Below are positions 56,318 through 62,227 of a stretch of 62,227 nt of DNA, in pieces. Under the pieces are notes generated by a model. The model was not told the DNA's origin, did no database searches, and worked only from the letters and a program-made list of their open reading frames with translations. Location: contig JAABPW010000114.1 in the NCBI GenBank assembly GCA_011391785.1, forward strand, positions 1 to 62,227, given 5' to 3'. The DNA comes from Verrucomicrobiota bacterium (lineage in GTDB: Bacteria; Verrucomicrobiota; Kiritimatiellia; CAIKKV01; CAITUY01). Within the stretch, counting starts at the first letter, position 1, and each line of letters starts with the position of its first letter. The translations under genes and the position numbers were made by a program.

Positions 56318-58489
56318 TTACGCACCCTTGCCCCAGCTTACAATATTCTCCGGCAAGGCCGACACGCTAATAATCCTGCACGGGACATCGCCCTGGTCGG
56401 CGGGAACAACAATCTCCTCGCCGGCGGCATGCCCTGACAACATCTTACCCATCCGACTGCTGCAGGAAATGATGCCGGTCTCGGTATCCTGATCCCACTC
56501 GCCAAGTATATGGAACAGCTGCCGGCTCCCGTCCGCCATCTCGATCGTGACGGAGGTACCCATGCCAGCCACCACGGTGGGACAGTTCGCGAAATCGGTG
56601 CCGTGAACCGTGTTGAGATCCTGCTCCAGCTCGGCACTGCGCCGCATGAGGATCCCCTGCTGTTCCTTGGCGGTCTTGTACTCGAAGTTCTCACGAAGAT
56701 CCCCGTAACTGCGCGCCACGCCAATGTCACGGCTGTTCTTGGGAATGTCCTCGTTGACGATTTTCTCCAGAAGCTTCTGGCGTTGCCGGTATGACCGCCA
56801 GGACGTGAATTTCCCCTTGGCTGCCGCTTCCGCGGCCGCATCGCGCTTTGAAATCAGGATTTCGGCCAGTTCAGGGTAGACGCGCACCATCCGTGCGATC
56901 ATGGCTTGGGTATCCACGGGAACCTTGCCCATGGCAACATACAGGGACCGGATAAAACTGGTCCGCTGAACCTCGTTCATGCTGTGAGCCGCAGCTTCCA
57001 GCCATTCGCGCTGCTGAACCAGTTCACCGAGCTGGTTGGCCGCACGCAAACGCTCCCCGGCATAGGATTTCTCGAGGGCAGGAAGAACCTGAAACGCCAG
57101 GTCGCCCACGGTGCCGAGGCCCCAGGACTCCAGCCGTTCCGGCCGGCGAGCCAGCCAGAACAGGACCTCAACCCCGGCCTTACGCATGCCGACCAGTTCC
57201 TTGAACACCGCCGCACAGGCGCCATCCTGCTCGTGATCGAGCATAAATTGAACACAGGCGTTCAGCACATTCATCGTCATGAGCGGAATGCAGGCCGTGA
57301 TTGTTTCATAAAGACGGGCACTGTCATACGCGACCAGAAGCTGTAGCAGCGCATCGAGCCGCCTGGTGGTGATCACCTGCGCTGCTCCCATGAACAGCGC
57401 GGGATCCACAAGCTGCCCGGCTTCCTGCTGCCAGTTCACATAGTCCGCCGCCACGCCCCACTGCCGCGCCAAAACCACGACTTGAACCCGGATCCCCATA
57501 TCCTTGTCGCCAAAGCCCTTCATGAGAAACGCCAGGCGTTCCCCGATAATGCGCAGCCCGTCCGCATCCAGCCCATCGGGCTTCATGTTGTCGGCCAGAT
57601 CATCCAGCAGGGCAAACACCCCTTCCGCCGTCCGCTCCGTTGCCAACTGCCCGAACCACGCTGCATCGTAGGCCTTGGCCTTGGCGAGCAACGTAATCGG
57701 CTCACTCCGCTTGGAGGGAATCAGAACAAGGGGATCGGCCTTAAGGGCCTTCCGGGCCGTCTCCCAGAATGTTTTCCAGCCATCCGGCTTGATGATCCCG
57801 TCGCTCAGGAGTTCCTGGAGACGCGCCACGGTCAGCGGCCCGTAGCTCCGCAACGCGATACGAACCAATTCCGCCGCCTCCGTTTCAGCAAGCGAGGCCA
57901 ACGCCACGGCATCACGGTATTTCCGAGCCAGGAGATGATCGTCATCCACAAGCTGAAGGGCTTCTCCCGCATAGGCAAACGACATTTCATGCCCCATCTT
58001 CCGGGTGAAATCAATGGTTACCCGCTCATAGAATGCATCAACCTTGCGGATTGCCCCCACGCCCCAGGTCTTGTCGACACAGAGCAGGCCGGGCTTCAGG
58101 GCCTGCAGGGTGGCCAAGCGCCGGAAACATTCAGACAGGGTTACCCCGCGATCGAACCCGAGATTGGTGACGAACTTCTTGCGAACCGGATCATTCCGGA
58201 ATATCGAGCTCAGCTTTTTCAGGCAAAGGTCACGGAAACCGATGTTTCCATGGCTCCATTCCGCCCGCAACCGCAGCACCTTGACGCCATCATCAGGGCA
58301 TCCCTGCTCGATTAAGGCATCCTCCATCAGCTCGGCCCAGCCGTTGGTCTGCTCCGCCATGCCTGCCCGCCGCAGCTCGCACAGGGCGTTGAGCATGTCT
58401 TCGACCGGCATGTTCCGGTTCTCCACCTTGGCGAGGAACCATTCCTCGAACTGATCCTCACCCATCGGGATATGCGCTAATGCTTCCAT
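56318..58489 (-). CDS. greA: Long-form GreA-family transcript cleavage factor (~550 aa helical N-terminal region plus GreA-like C-terminal ~170 aa)
   Basis: The C-terminus carries GDLRENFEYKTAKEQQ (the GreA coiled-coil tip block) and a GreA C-terminal domain (ISCSSRMGKMLSGHAAGEEI). The 723 aa size is similar to the long GreA known in Chlamydiae. Confidence 0.75.
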   Translation of the reverse strand: MEALAHIPMGEDQFEEWFLAKVENRNMPVEDMLNALCELRRAGMAEQTNGWAELMEDALIEQGCPDDGVKVLRLRAEWSHGNIGFRDLCLKKLSSIFRNDPVRKKFVTNLGFDRGVTLSECFRRLATLQALKPGLLCVDKTWGVGAIRKVDAFYERVTIDFTRKMGHEMSFAYAGEALQLVDDDHLLARKYRDAVALASLAETEAAELVRIALRSYGPLTVARLQELLSDGIIKPDGWKTFWETARKALKADPLVLIPSKRSEPITLLAKAKAYDAAWFGQLATERTAEGVFALLDDLADNMKPDGLDADGLRIIGERLAFLMKGFGDKDMGIRVQVVVLARQWGVAADYVNWQQEAGQLVDPALFMGAAQVITTRRLDALLQLLVAYDSARLYETITACIPLMTMNVLNACVQFMLDHEQDGACAAVFKELVGMRKAGVEVLFWLARRPERLESWGLGTVGDLAFQVLPALEKSYAGERLRAANQLGELVQQREWLEAAAHSMNEVQRTSFIRSLYVAMGKVPVDTQAMIARMVRVYPELAEILISKRDAAAEAAAKGKFTSWRSYRQRQKLLEKIVNEDIPKNSRDIGVARSYGDLRENFEYKTAKEQQGILMRRSAELEQDLNTVHGTDFANCPTVVAGMGTSVTIEMADGSRQLFHILGEWDQDTETGIISCSSRMGKMLSGHAAGEEIVVPADQGDVPCRIISVSALPENIVSWGKGA

Positions 58490-58555
58490 GTTCAGTGTCC
58501 TTATAAAAGGGCGGGCTTTGTATCACATCATTTCAGGCCATACAAGGATCAAGTC

Positions 58556-59683
58556 TTACCCGCCAAGTTGAACCCCAACCAGCCTCCCGATGCCGTAGGT
58601 GACGGCGGCAGCCCCCAGGCCGAACACAATCTGCCGGAAACCCGAGGCCCAGACGCTCCGTCCCGTCACCAAAGTGATGCCCGCACCGATCATAAACAAC
58701 CCCACCGAGCTGACGGCGCAACTCCAAATCACCGCCGTCATCCCTGCCAAAAAGAAAAACGGGCTTATCGGAATAATCGCCCCTACCGCAAAGAGGAGGA
58801 ACGAGGTGCCCGCCGCCACCCAGGCGGATCCGCCCAGTTCATCAGGATCAACGCCCAGCTCTTCCCGGCTCAAAGTGTCGAGCGCATGGACCGGATCTGA
58901 AAGCAGGCGGTCGGCAAAGGCCCGGGCTTGTTCGGGAGGCAGGCCCTTGGACTCATAGATCAGGGCCAGTTCCGCTTTTTCCTCCTCGGGGGATTCCTCC
59001 AGTTCCTGCCTTTCAATGTCAATCTGGCGGGAATGCAGTTCGCGGGAACTTTGAACCGACAGCCATTCACCCATCGCCATGGATATGGCCCCCGCCAGCA
59101 TGCCGGCCAGCCCTGTGATCAGGATGGCCTGCGATTCCATCGCCGCACCAGCCACCCCCATCACCAGACTCAACACCGACACCAATCCGTCGTTCGCGCC
59201 CAGCACGCCCGCCCTCAGGGCATTGCCGCCGGTGGACCGGTGCCGCCCCTCCACCCGCGCCACGGCACTCCCCTCCATTCCGGATCCCTGACCCGATAAT
59301 ACCCTGAAGAGCCTGGCATGCGACCGCTCCTCCCTGGCCATTCCGGTACCTTCTGCTTCCGGCTGGGAATCATAGCGGCTGCTCGCGCCCTGCTCGATCC
59401 CGGCAAGGGTCGGAAGCACGAAACCGACACCGAACCGACTGGCCAGCCACCCCAGCGTCCGGGTTCGCCAATCCGCCCGCCACGCGGGGACCGGCACCCC
59501 GGCTTCTGCAAGCCGTCGCTCCCACACAAGGGCATGCCGCCGCTCCGTCTCTGCCAGCTTGCGATACAATTCAGGCAACCCCGCCGCGCCCTTCAGGCCG
59601 GCAAGTTTCTCATAGAGAATTACCGCATTCCGCTCTTCTTTTAAATTCTCCCGGTATCGAGCCACGTCTGCACGAGTTGCCAT
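58556..59683 (-). CDS. Ferritin-like (erythrin) - VIT1/CCC1 fusion, MbfA-like Fe/Mn exporter
   Basis: N-terminal four-helix ferritin-like ExxH motifs (ETERRHA, REERSHA). C-terminal VIT1 membrane domain (LRAGVLGANDGLVS). RBS GAAGGAG upstream. Confidence 0.85.
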   Translation of the reverse strand: MATRADVARYRENLKEERNAVILYEKLAGLKGAAGLPELYRKLAETERRHALVWERRLAEAGVPVPAWRADWRTRTLGWLASRFGVGFVLPTLAGIEQGASSRYDSQPEAEGTGMAREERSHARLFRVLSGQGSGMEGSAVARVEGRHRSTGGNALRAGVLGANDGLVSVLSLVMGVAGAAMESQAILITGLAGMLAGAISMAMGEWLSVQSSRELHSRQIDIERQELEESPEEEKAELALIYESKGLPPEQARAFADRLLSDPVHALDTLSREELGVDPDELGGSAWVAAGTSFLLFAVGAIIPISPFFFLAGMTAVIWSCAVSSVGLFMIGAGITLVTGRSVWASGFRQIVFGLGAAAVTYGIGRLVGVQLGG

Positions 59684-59732
59684 ATCGTCTCCTTCATTGA
59701 ACCCACTATTACCAGCTCCTCACCTGGTAATC

Positions 59733-59852
59733 GAGTATTCAGTATTCAGTGTTCAGTATTCAGAAGTTCGAATTCCTTTCTGAACACTGATATCTGAATA
59801 CTGAACACTCCCTCCGCTTCCCCTGTATCTGAATACTGGACACTGAACACTC
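59733..59852. repeat. Intergenic array of ~12 heptamers (GTATTCA / TGAAYAC) forming a 32-nt imperfect inverted repeat plus a third direct copy
   Basis: Left arm 59733-59764 is GAGTATTCAGTATTCAGTGTTCAGTATTCAGA. Spacer AGTTCGAATTCCTT. Right arm 59779-59810 is TCTGAACACTGATATCTGAATACTGAACACTC, 27 of 32 complementary. A further copy TGTATCTGAATACTGGACACTGAACACTC lies at 59824-59852. Confidence 0.85.
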
Positions 59853-59871
59853 TCCGCGCCATAATTCCGCT

Positions 59872-61587
59872 ATGCCTTACAACCCAAAGGAGTCCTTAGC
59901 CAAGCTTCACCGGATGGCCACCCCCCAGCTTACCCCCCGCTCCCTCCTGAAAGGGGAAGCCGGGATTATCCAACGCTCATTCACTTTTGGGAAAAAGAAC
60001 TTCTCCAGGCTCTTCCGCGATGAACCGCTTGATCTCACTATCACCCTGAACGCCCACAACGGCCACCCACCCCAGGTGATGCTCCATACCGACATCGGGG
60101 ACACAGGCCCCGGGGAGTGGCGCGACATCCCCTTCGCCTCCACGGATGAAATAGTCTTTCGCCTAACCCTGACCATTCCCCGCTGCGGACTCTACCGGTT
60201 CCGGATCAAATATTCCCTCGACGGAGGCGACCAGTGGTTCTGGGATCGTGTCCCCCATTCCTATGTCATGGCGGATCCCCCCTCCATGCGCTCGGTCCGC
60301 CTCTACACCCTGATTCCCAGCGCATCCGGCACCATTTCCGACTGGAAACGGCTCCTGCCTCATATCACCGGGATGGGCTTCGATGCCATCCACCTGCTCC
60401 CGATCTCCCAAATGGGTTACTCGGAGAGTCCCTATGCCGCCACGAATCTTTTCGATGTGGAGGCCCGCTACCGCGATCCTGATGACCCGCGCAGCACCTT
60501 GGACCAGTTTGAGGATTTTGTTGAAGAGTGCCGCAAGCACAACATCCGGCTCTGCCTCGACCTCGTACTCAACCATGTCGCCATCGACAGCCAGATGACT
60601 CATGCCCGACCCGACTGGATCGTGCCCGATGACGCCGAACCCGATGGATTCAAGCGGGCCGGCTGCTGGCATATGCACAGCTGGATCCGGTGGGAGGATC
60701 TCGCCCCCATTCATTACGACCACCCTAATAATTTTGTGCGCAATGATATCTGGGACTACATGAAGCAGTATGCCGCCTTCTGGTCCAACTACGCCGCCTA
60801 CACCGGGGGAATGGTTCGTTTCGACAACCTGCACAGCAGTAACGCCGAGTTCGTGGCCGATCTCAGCGCCTCGCTCCGGGAAAGCTTTCCGGATCTGGTG
60901 ATATTCGGCGAATATTTCACCGATGAGCTCACCCTGGAGCGAACTGTTCCTGAGTGGGGCATCAACCTCCTTCTGGCCAACAGCTGGGAATACCCCTTCG
61001 GCCCCCAGTTGCGTCATTACATTGGGTATCTGCACAATGTTGCCGGCCGGCTCCGCCACCTCTGCGCCATCACCACGCATGACACCGGCGTGCCGGCTCA
61101 GCTCTTCGGATCCAACCGGTCTGTCATGCCCCGCTACGCGATCTGCGCGCTCTACACCATGGGACAAACCGGTTTGGTCCAAGGAGTCGAAGCCGGTATA
61201 ACCGAGCGCATTGCCTTCATCGGCCCATCCCGGAAACTCGACCTCCCCCCCAATCCTGAATACTGCGACTTCATCAGCAGGATCAATGCGGTCCTCGTGT
61301 CCCGTCCCGTGTTCTCACAAGGCGGCAACCTGACGTTTGTTGATGCTGGCCACGAGGCCATCCTGGGGGCTTTCCGGCGGGACCTGACCGGGAAGGGGAG
61401 CAACGTCCTGCTTCTGGCCAACCTCGATATCGACAACCGGCAAGCCGTTATGATCAACCTGGCCAACTGCCAGCTGTCATATCCCCTGACCCTTCGCGAA
61501 GTCAGCACGGGGGAGGCCATCCAGGTCCTTGCCCCTGAATTTGAAATCGTCCTCGAGTCGTGCGGAGTCAAGGTTTTCGAGCTTTAA
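59872..61587 (+). CDS. GH13 alpha-amylase-family protein, GlgE (maltosyltransferase)-like
   Basis: GMGFDAIHLLPI, LDLVLNHVA, VRFDNLHS (nucleophile Asp), IFGEYFT (acid/base Glu) and ITTHDT blocks in GH13 order. The RPDWI block resembles GlgE HPEWF. Confidence 0.7.
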   Translation: MPYNPKESLAKLHRMATPQLTPRSLLKGEAGIIQRSFTFGKKNFSRLFRDEPLDLTITLNAHNGHPPQVMLHTDIGDTGPGEWRDIPFASTDEIVFRLTLTIPRCGLYRFRIKYSLDGGDQWFWDRVPHSYVMADPPSMRSVRLYTLIPSASGTISDWKRLLPHITGMGFDAIHLLPISQMGYSESPYAATNLFDVEARYRDPDDPRSTLDQFEDFVEECRKHNIRLCLDLVLNHVAIDSQMTHARPDWIVPDDAEPDGFKRAGCWHMHSWIRWEDLAPIHYDHPNNFVRNDIWDYMKQYAAFWSNYAAYTGGMVRFDNLHSSNAEFVADLSASLRESFPDLVIFGEYFTDELTLERTVPEWGINLLLANSWEYPFGPQLRHYIGYLHNVAGRLRHLCAITTHDTGVPAQLFGSNRSVMPRYAICALYTMGQTGLVQGVEAGITERIAFIGPSRKLDLPPNPEYCDFISRINAVLVSRPVFSQGGNLTFVDAGHEAILGAFRRDLTGKGSNVLLLANLDIDNRQAVMINLANCQLSYPLTLREVSTGEAIQVLAPEFEIVLESCGVKVFEL

Positions 61588-61602
61588 TCCAGGAGGAGAA
61601 CC

Positions 61603-62227
61603 ATGAAACGTCTCGTCACCAGCATCGCGTTGTCAGCCCTGCTTCTTGTCCCTCCCTCACAGGCCAGGCTCGGGGAAACCTCCGAGGAGTGCCACTTGCG
61701 ATACAGGGTTCAGTGCACCGAAACCGAGGGGCAGGGATTCTGGTCCGTTGAGCGAAAATACGAGAAAAACGGATTTGAAATCACCATCCGCCTTCTCCCC
61801 GGGAGCAACAACACCCTGGCGGCCAATTACATTGAATACCGTCCGCTCGACCCGGCCACAAACCGTTTTACCGAGGCCTCAATAAAAACCCTGCTTCTGG
61901 CAAATGTGCCCACGGATTGGACCAAGCTCACCGAGCTCACGCCACCGCCACCGGCTCCTCCCAAAACCGCACCGGACCCGGCCAAGTCGACTTTCGGAAG
62001 AACCTCACGGAAAGACATCATCACCATCGGAGCAATCACAGACCCCGCCAAACGACAGGCGGAAAAAGAAGCCAGGGAGAGAAAGGCGCTACTCGACTCC
62101 ATCGACGCCAGAAACAGGGACATATCGGCTCTACGTACCAAGATCGGCAAGATCACCACCGGCGGCGATACATGCTGGCAGTCGAGCAACGCCTATGCCA
62201 CCTGCAGCGATTCATTTCTGACCATTT
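61603..62227 (+). CDS. Hypothetical secreted protein (3' end lies outside the window)
   Basis: Not in the ORF track because no stop falls within the window. ATG at 61603 after AGGAGGA. Hand translation of frame 1 shows no stop through 62227: MKRLVTSIALSALLLVPPSQA|RLGETSEECHLRY... Signal peptide, Pro-rich linker, and a charged helical segment. Confidence 0.65.
   Translation, partial: MKRLVTSIALSALLLVPPSQARLGETSEECHLRYRVQCTETEGQGFWSVERKYEKNGFEITIRLLPGSNNTLAANYIEYRPLDPATNRFTEASIKTLLLANVPTDWTKLTELTPPPPAPPKTAPDPAKSTFGRTSRKDIITIGAITDPAKRQAEKEARERKALLDSIDARNRDISALRTKIGKITTGGDTCWQSSNAYATCSDSFLTI

Noticed and set aside
52482-58315. Antisense ORFs 52482-53273 (-), 54115-54957 (+), 55688-56437 (+) and 57482-58315 (+)
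   Set aside because: Each is the opposite strand of a gene with clear family motifs (pyrF, miaA, dksA-like, greA-long). Their compositions are shadow-like.
59733-59852. Possible CRISPR-like array
   Set aside because: The units are 7 nt, contiguous and partly inverted. There are no 25-40 nt repeats separated by unique spacers and no cas genes in the window.
60163-61182. 339 aa minus-strand ORF
   Set aside because: Antisense to the GH13 gene, whose catalytic blocks are in the canonical order on the plus strand.
61646-62221. Frame-2 ORFs 61646-61885 and 61904-62221, and minus-strand ORF 61827-62189
   Set aside because: They overlap the longer open frame-1 ORF, which has an RBS and a signal peptide. 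Their products are P/R/S-rich shadow sequences.

Overview
Chromosomal window from a GC-rich Gram-negative bacterium. Gene content suggests the PVC superphylum (Verrucomicrobia, Lentisphaerae or Kiritimatiellota-like): a ~720 aa long-form GreA, no L30, an inverse-autotransporter barrel, a DUF2723 membrane protein, and a TAT-signal Gfo/Idh/MocA gene next to an FG-GAP gene. This placement is an inference, not a database result.

Positions 1-19.7 kb hold the 3' end of rpoC and one tightly packed str/S10/spc/alpha ribosomal super-operon running from rpsL to rplQ. It has no tuf, rpmD or infA. It carries one clearly non-ribosomal 159 aa secreted coiled-coil ORF wedged between rpsS and rplV. rpmJ (16437-16550) is missing from the ORF track and was found by hand.

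Positions 19.8-30.8 kb hold an MTH1-like Nudix gene, a NusG paralog followed by nspC, an HDAC-type amidohydrolase, and a hexuronate cluster. The cluster is XylR-like regulator, gnd, LarA-like gene, uxaC, SDR reductase and ExuT-like MFS. It lacks uxuA, kdgK and eda, which suggests a mannonate-to-gluconate epimerase shunt.

Positions 30.8-39.6 kb are an envelope and accessory block. They hold an inverse autotransporter with a beta-helix passenger, a DUF2723-TPR GT-C-like membrane protein with a secreted partner, a glycine-rich RRM protein, and an STN-domain subtilase.

Positions 39.9-62.2 kb hold clpB (with a sigma54-like -24/-12 motif upstream), a REC-GAF-GGDEF-REC-HD-GYP protein, a divergent LpxC-like gene, an RluA-family synthase with an intragenic heptamer palindromic repeat, and the Gfo/Idh/MocA and FG-GAP pair. 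They continue with an ISL3-family IS beside tRNA-Pro(TGG), an EEP-family gene, pyrF, radC, the operon greA(long)-dksA-like-lspA-miaA, an MbfA-like ferritin-VIT1 gene, a striking intergenic array of RTTCAGK heptamers in inverted orientation, a GlgE-like GH13 gene, and a 3'-open secreted ORF that is absent from the ORF track.

No CRISPR array, rRNA, prophage or recognisable defence system was seen. The many long antisense ORFs are GC-driven shadow frames.
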